From an uncultured Acidobacteriota bacterium (GTDB lineage: Bacteria; Acidobacteriota; Blastocatellia; RBC074), in contig CAWCKY010000004.1 in the NCBI GenBank assembly GCA_963796275.1, positions 544,001 through 608,000 of the forward strand: a stretch of 64,000 nt of DNA, in the 5' to 3' direction. The notes under the pieces are model-generated. The model made no database searches. It was not told the origin of the DNA and saw only the letters and a list, made by a program, of their open reading frames with translations. Both the position numbers and the translations under genes were made by a program. Shown in pieces: positions 1 through 10,380 of this stretch (its first letter is position 1; the number at the start of each line of letters is the position of its first letter).

Positions 1-2
1 CA

Positions 3-2438
3 TTGGTCGAGATTGTCCGGACCCAGATCGCTGAAACCTTGCTGCCTCTTGAAATCAGCAACCTGCCGCTAAACGGGCGCAACTTCCTCGACCTCGCGGC
101 GCTCACGCCCGCCGTTACGCGCGCGAATCCGGTCGCCAACCAGCGTTTCGCCGAAACTTCGGCAGTGCCGGGAACGCAGATATCGGTCGCCGGACAGCGC
201 AATATAAACAACGGGTTCATTGTCGACGGGCTCTCCTCCAACGATGACGCGGCCGATTTGCCGGGAACTTCTTACAGCCACGAAGTGATCCGCGAGTTCG
301 AGGTCATTACCTCCGGCGGCATCGCCGAATTCGGGAGGGCATCGAGCGGGATCATCAACATCATCACGCAATCGGGAACGAATGATTGGCGGGGCCGCCT
401 TTACGGCTTCCTGCGCAATCAGCGGCTCGATGCGCGCAATCCGCTCTCGACGGCGCCGGACCCGCGCAATCCGGGAACATTGTTGAAAGACCCGCTTACG
501 CAGGTGCAATACGGTGCGACTGCCGGAGGGCCGCTCAAGCGCGATCGTACATTCCTGTTTGCCAATTTCGAGCAGACGCGTCTCCACAATGCCGTCGTGC
601 TGACTGTCCAACCCCAGGACGTGACGGCGATCAACGCAGCACTCGACCAGCTTAACTATACGGGGCCGCGTCTGAGCACCGGTCTGGCGCCGGCCGGATA
701 CAACACGTCCAATTTTATGGCGCGCGCCGATCATCGGTTGAACGCCGCCAATATCCTCATGGCTCGTTACAGTTTCTACGGTATTGACAGTCTTAATGCG
801 CGCAGCGTCGGCGGATTGAATGTAGTCAGCCGCGGTACGGCCTTGACCGATCGCGACCACACGATCGCGGTCAGCGAGACGGCGACGCTCACGCCCGGCG
901 CAGTCAATGAGGCGCGATTACAATTCACGCGCAGCCGGCTTGGCGCGCCGGCCAACGATCTGGCCGGTCCCGCCGTAAATATCTCAGGCATCGCCAATTT
1001 TGGGACCTCGACCACCTCGCCGACCGGCCGAAACCTCGATCTTTTCGAATTCGCCGATAACGTCACCATTCTGCGAGGGGCGCATTCACTGAAATTCGGC
1101 GCCGACTTCCTATACAACCGTCTAAACATAACTTTTCCGGGCGCATTGCAGGGAGTCTATACTTTTGCGCAAACAGCTAACCTGCAAACAGGCCGCTACA
1201 TCACCTTCCAACAGGCTTTCGGGGATCCGGATCTGTTTCAATCAAATCCGAACATTGGTCTCTTCGCGCAGGATGAATGGCGACTTCGGCCAGGCGTGAC
1301 GATCAACGCAGGGTTACGCTACGACGCGCAGTGGCTCCCCGATCCGATCCGGTCGGACACGAACAATATCGCGCCGCGGCTTGGCATCGCCTGGGCTCCG
1401 GGAGATCGACGGACTGTCGTCCGCGCCAGTTATGGGATATTTTTCGAGCGCATACCATTGCGCGCAACGTCTAATGCGCTGCAACGCGACGGCACGCGAT
1501 ACAAAGTCGCTTCGTTCTCTTTCGGTCAGCCCGGCGCACCGGTCTTTCCCAATGTAGCCGCGGCATTTCCGGCCGGATTTTTGCCCAGCATCACGACGAT
1601 CGACCCGAATATTGAGAATGCCTACACCCAGCAGGCAGGTTTACAGATCGAACGCGAGTTGACCACGAACGCTTCGATTTCAGTCGGCTATCTGCACACG
1701 CGCGGGCTGCATCTGATTCTTTCGCGTAACATCAATGTCCCCCGCTTCCCTGCTTCAATAGGCGTGCCGAACCAGGGCCGGCCCAATCCGAATTTCGGCA
1801 ATATCTCGCGTTATGAAAGTTCGGGGGATTCCTACTATCACGGTCTACTTGTTTCGCTCAATCGCCGATTCAAGCGTTGGATCGGGGGACGCGTGTCCTA
1901 CACGCTCTCTAAGGCTATCGACAATACCGGGAATGCGTTCTTTTTCACTCCGCAGGACAATTTCAATCTACGTGGTGAGCGTGGGCTCAGCGATAATGAC
2001 CAGCGGCACGTCCTGGCGGTGAGCGGGACGCTGGCTGCCCCCGAAGCGGGACGGGATGGGACGTGGCGGCGCATCGTCGCTGGATTTCAACTCAATCCCA
2101 TCTTCAGGTATGGCACTGCCCTACCCTTCAATATAGTGCGAGGCGATGACCTCAATTTCGATGGCAGCACGAATGACCGCCCGCTCGGGATCGGACGGAA
2201 CACGGGAGAAGGCTTCGCTTTCGCCTCACTCGATCTGAGGGTGAGCCGCCGCATTCGCTTCTCCGAACACGCGGGACTCGAAGTGATCGCCGAGGCATTC
2301 AACCTGTTCAATCATGCTAATTTCCAATTGCCGAATGGAACGATCGGCACCGGCGCGACACCGTCACCCCGTTTCGGTCAGCCGAACGGAGCGGCCGACC
2401 CGCGGCAAATACAATTCGGACTGCGTCTGAGTTTCTAG
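3..2438 (+). CDS. TonB-dependent receptor (Oar-like, acidobacterial type), 5' end outside window
   Basis: LPLNGRNFLDLAALTP plug motif, AEFGRASSGIINIITQSGTN, FAQDEWRL..LRYD barrel motif, C-terminal PRQIQFGLRLSF with terminal Phe. Confidence 0.93.
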   Translation: MVEIVRTQIAETLLPLEISNLPLNGRNFLDLAALTPAVTRANPVANQRFAETSAVPGTQISVAGQRNINNGFIVDGLSSNDDAADLPGTSYSHEVIREFEVITSGGIAEFGRASSGIINIITQSGTNDWRGRLYGFLRNQRLDARNPLSTAPDPRNPGTLLKDPLTQVQYGATAGGPLKRDRTFLFANFEQTRLHNAVVLTVQPQDVTAINAALDQLNYTGPRLSTGLAPAGYNTSNFMARADHRLNAANILMARYSFYGIDSLNARSVGGLNVVSRGTALTDRDHTIAVSETATLTPGAVNEARLQFTRSRLGAPANDLAGPAVNISGIANFGTSTTSPTGRNLDLFEFADNVTILRGAHSLKFGADFLYNRLNITFPGALQGVYTFAQTANLQTGRYITFQQAFGDPDLFQSNPNIGLFAQDEWRLRPGVTINAGLRYDAQWLPDPIRSDTNNIAPRLGIAWAPGDRRTVVRASYGIFFERIPLRATSNALQRDGTRYKVASFSFGQPGAPVFPNVAAAFPAGFLPSITTIDPNIENAYTQQAGLQIERELTTNASISVGYLHTRGLHLILSRNINVPRFPASIGVPNQGRPNPNFGNISRYESSGDSYYHGLLVSLNRRFKRWIGGRVSYTLSKAIDNTGNAFFFTPQDNFNLRGERGLSDNDQRHVLAVSGTLAAPEAGRDGTWRRIVAGFQLNPIFRYGTALPFNIVRGDDLNFDGSTNDRPLGIGRNTGEGFAFASLDLRVSRRIRFSEHAGLEVIAEAFNLFNHANFQLPNGTIGTGATPSPRFGQPNGAADPRQIQFGLRLSF

Positions 2439-2440
2439 GT

Positions 2441-2521
2441 GAAACAATAAGACATAAAGGAGCAAAAAAAGGGGAATTATGGAATCTCGGCTTTTTTGCT
2501 CCTTTTTGTCTTTTTTGTTTC
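2441..2521. repeat. Imperfect hairpin with 9-nt periodic A-rich/T-rich arms
   Basis: GAAACAATAAGACATAAAGGAGCAAAAAA pairs with TTTTTTGCTCCTTTTTGTCTTTTTTGTTTC. Confidence 0.7.
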
Positions 2522-2540
2522 CCTTTACAATTCTGATGCT

Positions 2541-2882
2541 ATGAATCTAAATCGCAAATTACCGACCAGGATCATCATACTTATTAGTCTGATCCTCATC
2601 GCTATTACCGCCTCTTGCCGACAGCAGCCTGCGGATCAACCGGTCGTGCGGCGTTATGAGTTCAAAGGCCGCGTCGAATCGCTCGATTTCAACCGGAAGC
2701 GCGTGACCGTGGCGCACGAAGCGATCAAGGATTATATGGAAGCGATGACGATGAGCTTCGCCGTTAAAGATGAAAATGTGCTGCGAGAGTTGAAGTCCGG
2801 AGATCAGGTGCAGGCGATGCTTGTTTATGATTCCTCAACCAACCTCTCGTGGCTGGAGGATATCAAGGTCTTAAATAAATAA
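2541..2882 (+). CDS. CusF-like copper-binding lipoprotein
   Basis: Lipobox-like ITASC after a hydrophobic stretch; HEAIKDYMEAMTMSF matches the CusF His/Met-x-Met Cu(I) motif; LKSGDQV OB-fold motif. Confidence 0.85.
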   Translation: MNLNRKLPTRIIILISLILIAITASCRQQPADQPVVRRYEFKGRVESLDFNRKRVTVAHEAIKDYMEAMTMSFAVKDENVLRELKSGDQVQAMLVYDSSTNLSWLEDIKVLNK

Positions 2883-2992
2883 ATAGGGGCCGGGCTGGTA
2901 AGAAGTGTAAAACTCACAGCTCTTAGATAGTTATACGATCAATCGGTGAGTTTTAAGCTGACGGTTTAACATCCATGCAACGCTCCCAGACC

Positions 2993-3898
2993 TCATTTAT
3001 GCCCCAGGACAAGGGTCGCTTTGATTGAAACGTCGAAGTACCGCTTCCGCTCATAATCGACGAGCGCTTTCAGGTCATCGGGAATAGCATCCAGAGGCGT
3101 ATCGTTCTCCATATTGTGGCGCTCGCGTTCGATTATAGTCGCCATCTGTTCCTGTACGAGTCGGCGCGTCTCTTCATCGGGCAGTATCGCAAGCCAAGCA
3201 TCCAGAAAAACAGGCTTGATCAGTGGCGCCTCGAAAAAAGCGCCGGCGTCGGGAAAATCGAACCGTTCTTTCCTCGTCACGCTACGCACATTCTTGAGTC
3301 CCGCGGCAGTCCCAGCCTGTTCGCTCCCCGTCACCGTCAAACGTTCGGTGATCAGTTCTTCGAGCTGCGGCGTATAGTAGACGATATCGAGATTGTAGAG
3401 TGCTTCCCAATAGATCGAGAACAATTCATCGAAGCTTCCTCGCGTCGCCAGTTTGAGGGCGACCGTGGCTCCTATCTTCGCCACCCTGGTCAGTTCAACG
3501 AGGCTCGAAGCAATCTCAGCTGCCGGCAGCATCGAGGCATCTCCTATGACCAGATCGAATTGATCGCTATTCAGCCCGAGCGAGATGAGAGAGCCCTCCT
3601 GAAAACTCACGTTAGTGAGCTTTTTGATTTCTGCCTTTCCGCGAGCCAGAGCTAGCCGTTCCGAACTCGGATCGACGCCGATGACCTCGACCTTTCTTCC
3701 GCCTCTGATAGCCAGGTCAATGGTATAACCCCCAGTCCCGCATCCCGCATCGAGAAACTTGCCCTCCACAGGCAACGACACCTCATCGTCGACTAGGCAA
3801 TCGAAGGCCTCGCGCCAGACGGGCACGATGTAGAGATCGTAGAGATACGCGGCTTCTTTCGCATCCTCGTTTGTTTTCCAGATTTCGTTCATCATCAA
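2993..3898 (-). CDS. Class I SAM-dependent methyltransferase
   Basis: Motif I FLDAGCGTG, VIGVDPS, FDLVIG. Confidence 0.88.
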   Translation of the reverse strand: MMMNEIWKTNEDAKEAAYLYDLYIVPVWREAFDCLVDDEVSLPVEGKFLDAGCGTGGYTIDLAIRGGRKVEVIGVDPSSERLALARGKAEIKKLTNVSFQEGSLISLGLNSDQFDLVIGDASMLPAAEIASSLVELTRVAKIGATVALKLATRGSFDELFSIYWEALYNLDIVYYTPQLEELITERLTVTGSEQAGTAAGLKNVRSVTRKERFDFPDAGAFFEAPLIKPVFLDAWLAILPDEETRRLVQEQMATIIERERHNMENDTPLDAIPDDLKALVDYERKRYFDVSIKATLVLGHK

Positions 3899-3930
3899 AT
3901 CTTAGCCAATACCTCGCAGCGACGGCAACC

Positions 3931-4272
3931 TCATGCGCCGAAGCTGTTGATGGCTGCCTGCTCGGTCTCGAATATCTCCAGGACTTCAGTTAGATTGGTC
4001 ACGACGATCAGCCCGCGCAGCTTCAGCGGTACGCTAGCCAGTTTGAGCACGCCCTCGAAGTCATTCACCAGCTTATGCGCTTTTATCAGCTCGCCCAATC
4101 CTGAGCTGTCCATCCGCTGGCAATCGGCCAGGCTCAATACGAAAAGTCTTTCTCCCGCCTCCAAGTGATTGCGCAACGAATTCGACAGGCGTTCGGGTTT
4201 ACCGTTAATAACCGCCTCGCCCAGAATGTTAACGATTCTTATTTTTCCAACTTTACGCTCGCTGAGATCCAT
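3931..4272 (-). CDS. STAS-domain anti-sigma factor antagonist (SpoIIAA/RsbV-like)
   Basis: 113 aa with MDSSGLGEL phospho-Ser motif. Confidence 0.92.
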   Translation of the reverse strand: MDLSERKVGKIRIVNILGEAVINGKPERLSNSLRNHLEAGERLFVLSLADCQRMDSSGLGELIKAHKLVNDFEGVLKLASVPLKLRGLIVVTNLTEVLEIFETEQAAINSFGA

Positions 4273-4292
4273 TCATCCCCCATTAAAAGTTG

Positions 4293-4369
4293 GGAAGCAA
4301 AAAAGTAAAAAAGCAAAAAGGGCAAAAAGAGCCCTTTCACATTTTTGTCTTTTTTGCCTTTTTGCTTCC
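4293..4369. repeat. Hairpin with 9-nt periodic arms (GCAAAAAAG-type)
   Basis: GGAAGCAAAAAAGTAAAAAAGCAAAAAGGGCAAAAA ... TTTTTGTCTTTTTTGCCTTTTTGCTTCC. Confidence 0.75.
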
Positions 4370-4372
4370 ATC

Positions 4373-6322
4373 TTAATTTTCTGCCTCTCGCTCTTCCCCC
4401 AAAATCAAGGCGCTGCGCGGAGCAATCGTTACTGATCCCGCAACTTCTTCTTTCGCATGTGCACGGGCAGGAAATACGCCTACCTCCTTTCCGTCGCCGA
4501 AAATTTGCCATTTCCCCTGCGGGACCGTGATCTCTACGGCCCTGCCCGTCGCATTGAACAGTACCATCGCGCGCGACCACTCGTCGTCCCCCGACGCGTC
4601 TTCGACAATATAAGCGATGCAGCCATGCGGCACGTGGATCCCGAGCTGGTCATCGAGGAACTTGACCGCCCGCCGCACCTCGTCGCCGGTCTCCCAGCGA
4701 AACAATGGATGAGCGCGCCTCAGCGCTATCAATCCTCGATAATAATCATATACGTCGCGATGCTCGGCCTTCTGGCGCCAGCGGATCATATTAATCGCAT
4801 CGGGCTTATCGTAGCTGTTGTGATCGCCGCCTTTACTGCGTAGAAATTCCTGCCCGCACTGTATAAAAGGAATCCCCTGCGAGGTCAGCAGTATCGCCGC
4901 CCCCAATTTATCCATCGCCCTCCGGTCGGCGTCCGTGACGCGCGCGTCGTCGATAGTGCTGATCACCAACCGGTCCCAGAGCGTATGGTTGTCGTGACAT
5001 TCGACGTAATTGATCGTTTCAACTGGCGCGTCGGCAAAATCTCCGACCGCGCCGCGGATTCCCACTTTGAGCGCGCCGATGAATTCACCCGATTGGATAA
5101 ACCCGGCTTCGCGCGCGTGGAAGACATGGCCCTTGAGCGCATCGCGGAAATGGTCGTTGAAAACCGCCCAACCCTGGCGCCGCTGCAATCCTTTTTGCGA
5201 TATCTCGATCGGCGTCGCTCCTCCCGCCCACGGCTCGCCGTAGATCATTATATTCGGATCGATCGCGCGCAACTCATGCACGATTCGGACGATCGTCTCG
5301 CTATCTATCAGGCCGAGAAGATCGAACCGGAAGCCGTCGATTTTATACTCGGTCACCCAGCGTTTGAGCGAGTCGACTATGTAGCGCCGCGCCATTGGCG
5401 CTTCGGTCCGAAACTCGTTTCCCGTTCCCGAACCGTTCCAATAGCTGCCGTCGTGTTTCAACCGATAGTAATAACCGGGAACCAGCCCCTCGAAACTATA
5501 GACGCGCCCCGCATCGATATTTTCGTAAGTGTGATTGAAGACCATATCGAGCGTGACGCGGATTCCGCGACGATGAAGCGCGTCGATCATCTGTTTCACC
5601 TCGCTCACGCGCCGCGCATCCAGTCTTTCGGTCGCATACCAACCATCGGGAGAGTTGTGATTTACGACATCATAGCCCCAACCGTAGACATCCTCCGACT
5701 CGCTCGATTGAAATTCACTGATCGGCATCAACTGGACGACGTTGACGCCAAGTTCGACCAGGTGATCCAGTCCGGTCGTCACGTCTATCCGCTCGGTCAA
5801 ATGCGTTTCGGATTCCGTAAGACCCAGGTATTTGCCGCGCCGTTGAATGCCGGAATCCGGATCGATGGTGAAGTCGCGAATGTGCATCTCATAGATGATC
5901 GCCTCCGAGATCGGAAACGCCGGCCGATCCGCCACCACCGTCTCGTCGTGCACCACTATCGACCGGCCATCGGAAGCAGTGACGCAACGGGAATATGGAT
6001 CCAAAACCTCCCGCTTCGGGTCGAATCTCGGATCATCGCCCGCCGCGCTATAAGTGTAATACACACCGAGAAGATCGCCGTGGACCGCTGCCTCCCAGGT
6101 CCCATCGTCATCCCTGACCATAGTCATCCGCCTGGCTTTTCTCCCGATCGGGGCCTCGTAGAGATTAAGCACGACGTTACCAGCAGTCGGGGCCCATACG
6201 CGAAACACGGTCTCTTCCGGCTTGTAGATCGCGCCTAACTCTTTTGAAGACACCAGATCCAGTGCAGATTCAGAAGAGTCTGAGGAAGGTGCCGATTTGT
6301 GTTCAGTCTGTTCTCTTTGCAT
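4373..6322 (-). CDS. pulA: Type I pullulanase (GH13 debranching enzyme), no signal peptide
   Basis: [34 protein letters not shown] nucleophile, YGEPW acid/base, [12 protein letters not shown]. Confidence 0.92.
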   Translation of the reverse strand: MQREQTEHKSAPSSDSSESALDLVSSKELGAIYKPEETVFRVWAPTAGNVVLNLYEAPIGRKARRMTMVRDDDGTWEAAVHGDLLGVYYTYSAAGDDPRFDPKREVLDPYSRCVTASDGRSIVVHDETVVADRPAFPISEAIIYEMHIRDFTIDPDSGIQRRGKYLGLTESETHLTERIDVTTGLDHLVELGVNVVQLMPISEFQSSESEDVYGWGYDVVNHNSPDGWYATERLDARRVSEVKQMIDALHRRGIRVTLDMVFNHTYENIDAGRVYSFEGLVPGYYYRLKHDGSYWNGSGTGNEFRTEAPMARRYIVDSLKRWVTEYKIDGFRFDLLGLIDSETIVRIVHELRAIDPNIMIYGEPWAGGATPIEISQKGLQRRQGWAVFNDHFRDALKGHVFHAREAGFIQSGEFIGALKVGIRGAVGDFADAPVETINYVECHDNHTLWDRLVISTIDDARVTDADRRAMDKLGAAILLTSQGIPFIQCGQEFLRSKGGDHNSYDKPDAINMIRWRQKAEHRDVYDYYRGLIALRRAHPLFRWETGDEVRRAVKFLDDQLGIHVPHGCIAYIVEDASGDDEWSRAMVLFNATGRAVEITVPQGKWQIFGDGKEVGVFPARAHAKEEVAGSVTIAPRSALILGEEREAEN

Positions 6323-6393
6323 AGCGTTAATATTTGTATATGTGAAGACTATCCGATTATATTAATCGCACCCCGACAATTCAAAGAACGCTT

Positions 6394-7022
6394 ATGGAGA
6401 TACAGGAAATACTGGTCGAGATCGGAAGAAATTTTTACAACCGCGGATGGGTCCTTGGTACGAGCGGGAATTTCAGCGCGGTGATCAATCGCGACCCTTT
6501 TCGACTGGCCATCACCGCCAGCGGCGTGGACAAAGGGAATCTCGTTCCGTCTCAGATACTCGAGGTCGATCGAGAAGGGAAAGTCATCGCCGGTGATGGC
6601 AAACCATCGGATGAAACGAAACTGCATTTGACGGTTATTCGCACGCGCGGCGAAGCAAAAGAGGCAAACGGGGCAACGGGGCAATCGGCGGGGTAAATGC
6701 GGTATTGCATACGCATTCTGTCTGGAGCACTATAATCTCGCTTAAATACAAAGATTGCCTCGAAATCGGAGGCTTTGAGATGCTGAAAGGCCTCTCTGGG
6801 GTCAGCACGCACGAACACGTGGAGCGACTGCCGATCATCGACAATTCACAGGATATGAGTGCCCTGGCCCTGACGCTCGAAGAAACTTTAAAAAAGCATC
6901 CGGATGCTCATGGATTTCTGTTGCGCGGGCACGGACTCTATACCTGGGGGCAGAGCCTGAACGAAGCGAGACGACACGTCGAGATATTCGAGTTTTTATT
7001 GGAAGTAACTGGAAGATTATAG
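6394..7022 (+). pseudogene. mtnB: Methylthioribulose-1-phosphate dehydratase, frameshifted near 6676 (possibly an assembly error)
   Basis: N-half [29 protein letters not shown] and C-half HTHS/EMLKGL/HGLYTWG lie in different frames; adding one base in GCAACGGG joins them. Confidence 0.9.
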
Positions 7023-7126
7023 TTTGTAGTTTTCAGTTTTTAGTTTTCTGTTTTTTGTTGCGAGTGATTTTGAAAACTGGAAGAGACTGAGACTGAGACT
7101 GAGAACTGGAAACTAACTAAAACTGA
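7021..7126. repeat. Inverted arrays of the heptamer AAAACTG/CAGTTTT
   Basis: AGTTTGTAGTTTTCAGTTTTTAGTTTTC ... GAAAACTGGAAGAGACTGAGACTGAGACTGAGAACTGGAAACTAACTAAAACTG. Confidence 0.8.
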
Positions 7127-7128
7127 AT

Positions 7129-7698
7129 ATGGCCATTATCAATATTCCTGACGAAGATCGCACAATCACCGAGCCGGATGAGATCGCAGCATATCTGGCC
7201 GGCATCGGAATCGCTTACGAACGATGGGAGCCATCACACCCGGTTACGGCGGATGCTCCAGCCGACGAGATACTGGCGGCTTACTCGCGCGAGATCGAGG
7301 AACTCAAAACGAGCGGCGGTTATGTGACGGCTGACGTGATCGATGTCTCGCAGAGGACGCCGGGGCTGGAAGAAATGCTGGCGAAATTCAACCGCGAACA
7401 CTGGCATGACGAAGATGAAGTGCGGTTCATCATCGAAGGTCGTGGGATATTCCACATCAGACCCGAAAACGTCCCCGTCTCCGCCATCGAAGTGGAAGCG
7501 GGGGACCTGATTCGCGTGCCGCGCGGCACATGGCACTGGTTCAATCTCTGCGCGGACCGCCGCATCAGGGCGATCAGGCTCTTTCAGGATCCGTCCGGCT
7601 GGACCCCGCATTACACGCAGAGCGAGGTCGATCGCAAATACCAGCCAGTTTGTCTGGGAACGTCATACCTTCCGCAGCAGAACATTTCAGCGAGATGA
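7129..7698 (+). CDS. mtnD: Acireductone dioxygenase (ARD/ARD')
   Basis: [11 protein letters not shown]...[14 protein letters not shown] cupin motif; lies between mtnB and mtnC. Confidence 0.93.
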   Translation: MAIINIPDEDRTITEPDEIAAYLAGIGIAYERWEPSHPVTADAPADEILAAYSREIEELKTSGGYVTADVIDVSQRTPGLEEMLAKFNREHWHDEDEVRFIIEGRGIFHIRPENVPVSAIEVEAGDLIRVPRGTWHWFNLCADRRIRAIRLFQDPSGWTPHYTQSEVDRKYQPVCLGTSYLPQQNISAR

Positions 7699-8438
7699 AT
7701 TTATCACCGCACCAGATCGTGTTGTTGGATATCGAGGGAACGACCACACCGATCGATTTCGTCTACGATGTCTTATTTCCATATGCTCGAAAAAACATTG
7801 CGGATTTTCTCAGTCGTAATCTGACCTCCGCCGAAGTCCGCGCAGAACTGGTGCGATTGCGCGCAGAAAGAGAGGATGATTTTCAGCAAGGCCTCGATCC
7901 GCCCGCTTACAACGATGATTCCGGCGAGAAACTGCGCGAATCTACAGTCAATTATCTTCGCTGGCTGATGGACAACGACCGGAAATCGACACCATTGAAA
8001 TCTCTACAGGGAAAGGTCTGGGAAGAGGGTTACCGCGCAGGCGAGCTGAAGAGCCGTGTATTCGCCGATGTCCCACGCGCTTTCGCTCGGTGGCGCAGCC
8101 AGTCGAAACAGGTATACATTTACTCATCAGGAAGCGTTCTCGCGCAGAAGCTGTTGTTCGCACACACCGAGGCGGGCGATCTCACTGAATTTATCAGCGG
8201 ATATTTCGATACAAATATCGGCCCGAAATCAGACGCAGGCAGCTACCATCAAATTGCGGGGCGCGTAAAAAAGTCCCCTCCGAAAATTGTCTTCGTTTCG
8301 GACGTCACCAAAGAGCTGGCCGCCGCTCGTGCAGCGGGGATGCAGGCAGTCTTATCGATTCGCCATGGAAATCATCCGCAACCCGATCACCCATCATTCC
8401 AGGCGATCACCACTTTCGACGAATTATTTGACGATTAG
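7695..8438 (+). CDS. mtnC: Enolase-phosphatase E1 (acireductone synthase)
   Basis: HAD motif [31 protein letters not shown]; ATGA overlap with the mtnD stop. Confidence 0.94.
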   Translation: MNLSPHQIVLLDIEGTTTPIDFVYDVLFPYARKNIADFLSRNLTSAEVRAELVRLRAEREDDFQQGLDPPAYNDDSGEKLRESTVNYLRWLMDNDRKSTPLKSLQGKVWEEGYRAGELKSRVFADVPRAFARWRSQSKQVYIYSSGSVLAQKLLFAHTEAGDLTEFISGYFDTNIGPKSDAGSYHQIAGRVKKSPPKIVFVSDVTKELAAARAAGMQAVLSIRHGNHPQPDHPSFQAITTFDELFDD

Positions 8439-8510
8439 AGTATTGATCCGGAGAGAGCGTAAGCTCCCACATGGGAACAGGTCGCTCACGCCAGATGCTG
8501 CATATTTTTT

Positions 8511-10055
8511 TCAAACCTCGTTCCGCGCCCTGTTTCGCCCATAAACCCCGGCCATTTCAGCCAGGCGCCAGCGGATCTCCGGCGTCAGATCTTCAGATCG
8601 GTAACGCCAGCTCCAGTTGCCGCTCACGCGCGCAGGAACGTTCATTCGCGCTTCACTGCCCAGACCGAGCACGTCCTGCATAGGAATAATCGCGGTGTTT
8701 GCGACGGAGCTCAATGCCAGGCGGATGAAATCCCAATTGATCTCACTCCCATCAGTTCCCAGGTATTTAAGTACCAGGCTGCGTTCTTCCTTCACATCGT
8801 CATCGCTGCGCGTGCTATCACCCGCTCCGGTGCTGTTGAACCAGCCGATGGTCGTATCATTATCGTGAGTACCCGTATAAACCACGGTATTCTGGGTAAA
8901 GCTGAACGGTTTGAACTCATCGGATTCGGGATCGGAGCCAAAGGCGAATTGCAGGACGCGCATCCCGGGAAACCCGAATTTCTCGCGCAGTTTTCTCACC
9001 TCGGAAGTGATAAGCCCGAGGTCTTCGGCGATGATCGGCACATCGCCCAGATCGGCTTTAATCGCGTTGAACAATCCTGACCCCGGCCCTTTCTCCCATT
9101 TACCATTGACCGCAGTCGTCTCGCCGCCGGGCACGGCATAATACTTTTCGAACCCCCTGAAATGATCGAGCCGTAGGATGTCGACTAGCGATAGGGTCTT
9201 GCGTATGCGGTCGATCCACCATCGATAACCATCCTTCTTCATAACCTCCCACCGATAGAGGGGATTGCCCCAAAGTTGCCCCGTTTCGCTGAAGTAATCG
9301 GGCGGAACGCCTGCCACCTTCGTCGGATTGCCCTCAGCATCCAGATGGAACAATTCGGGGTTCGCCCAAACATCTGCCGAGTCGTGGGCGACGAAGATAG
9401 GCAGATCGCCGATGATCTTCACGCCTTTTTGATTAGCGTATTGTGCGAGCTTCAACCATTGTTTGAAGAAGAGATATTGAGTGAATCGGTGAACGCTGAT
9501 CTCGATCGAATGATTTTCCCGCCAGTAATGCAGCGCATTGTCTTCGTGCGATCGCAGAAAAGGCTCCCAACTTGTCCACTCCTTCCCGCCGTGCGCATCC
9601 TTGATCGAGCGATAAGCCGAGTAGTCTTCGATCCACCATCCGGTCTGATCGATGAACGCGAGATACTCCCCTTTCGCTTCATCCGAACCACGATCGATGA
9701 AATTGGCGTGCGCCTTTGCCAATAGCTCATTTTTAAAATTGATCACCAGGCCATAATCTACGCGATCATCGGGAAACTGTGGCGGATGCGCCAGATCGCT
9801 CTCCTCCAAAAGCCCGTCTTCCAACAGAAACTCCAGACTTACCAGCATGGGATTCCCGGCGAACGCTGAAAAGCATTGATATGGAGAATCGCCATATCCG
9901 GTCGGGCCGAGCGGCAAAACTTGCCAGAGAGATTGACCGGTGGCTTCGAGAAAATCCACGAACTCATATGCCGAGCAACCCAGATCGCCGATGCCAAATC
10001 GCCCGGGTAGTGATGTCGGGTGCAGCAATATTCCGCTGGCCCTTGAAAAACTCAT
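8511..10055 (-). CDS. malQ: 4-alpha-glucanotransferase (amylomaltase, GH77)
   Basis: RASGILLHPTSLP, WQVLPLGP, GVPPDYFSETGQLWGNP, RLDHFRG, IAEDLG, YTGTHDNDT. Confidence 0.96.
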   Translation of the reverse strand: MSFSRASGILLHPTSLPGRFGIGDLGCSAYEFVDFLEATGQSLWQVLPLGPTGYGDSPYQCFSAFAGNPMLVSLEFLLEDGLLEESDLAHPPQFPDDRVDYGLVINFKNELLAKAHANFIDRGSDEAKGEYLAFIDQTGWWIEDYSAYRSIKDAHGGKEWTSWEPFLRSHEDNALHYWRENHSIEISVHRFTQYLFFKQWLKLAQYANQKGVKIIGDLPIFVAHDSADVWANPELFHLDAEGNPTKVAGVPPDYFSETGQLWGNPLYRWEVMKKDGYRWWIDRIRKTLSLVDILRLDHFRGFEKYYAVPGGETTAVNGKWEKGPGSGLFNAIKADLGDVPIIAEDLGLITSEVRKLREKFGFPGMRVLQFAFGSDPESDEFKPFSFTQNTVVYTGTHDNDTTIGWFNSTGAGDSTRSDDDVKEERSLVLKYLGTDGSEINWDFIRLALSSVANTAIIPMQDVLGLGSEARMNVPARVSGNWSWRYRSEDLTPEIRWRLAEMAGVYGRNRARNEV

Positions 10056-10268
10056 CTTATCCTCCCCCAGATTGTAGGCAGGATCTCGCTAAAATGTGAT
10101 TGCGATTGAATTTTGAACATCCTGGAAATCCCGCCTGAATTTCTCTGTTATTTGACCGACATGTACGGGTCCTATTCAGATGTACTGACAATAAACAATA
10201 AAATCAATCATCTGATATAATAAACATGCATATGCAACAAGGCGGACGAAAATATAGCATCAGGCTGA

Positions 10269-10283
10269 TGGCATTGGAATTGC
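10269..10283 (+). promoter_or_regulatory. Putative sigma54 (-24/-12) promoter
   Basis: TGGCATTGGAATTGC has exact GG-N10-GC spacing with TGGCA and TTGC, about 100 nt upstream of the release-factor-like gene. Confidence 0.6.
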
Positions 10284-10380
10284 CCATGTTTATTTATGTC
10301 TCTCGGTTAGGGAATGATGTGCCACCCACCCTGTAGTGGCCTCGTTGCCTGGCCGAGGGACGAAAAGGCCGGGAATTGAT

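Noticed and set aside
4985-6238. 417-aa antisense ORF, and many similar shadow ORFs over the TBDRs, malQ, malic enzyme and DUF genes
   Set aside because: They lie opposite well-supported genes, have no motifs and are expected from GC-rich codon bias.
6660-6705. Programmed ribosomal frameshift in mtnB
   Set aside because: No canonical slippery site or precedent, and other indels in the window point to sequence error.
7530-7694. N-terminal extension of mtnC in the ORF track
   Set aside because: It overlaps mtnD; the ATGA-coupled start at 7695 fits the HAD motif position.
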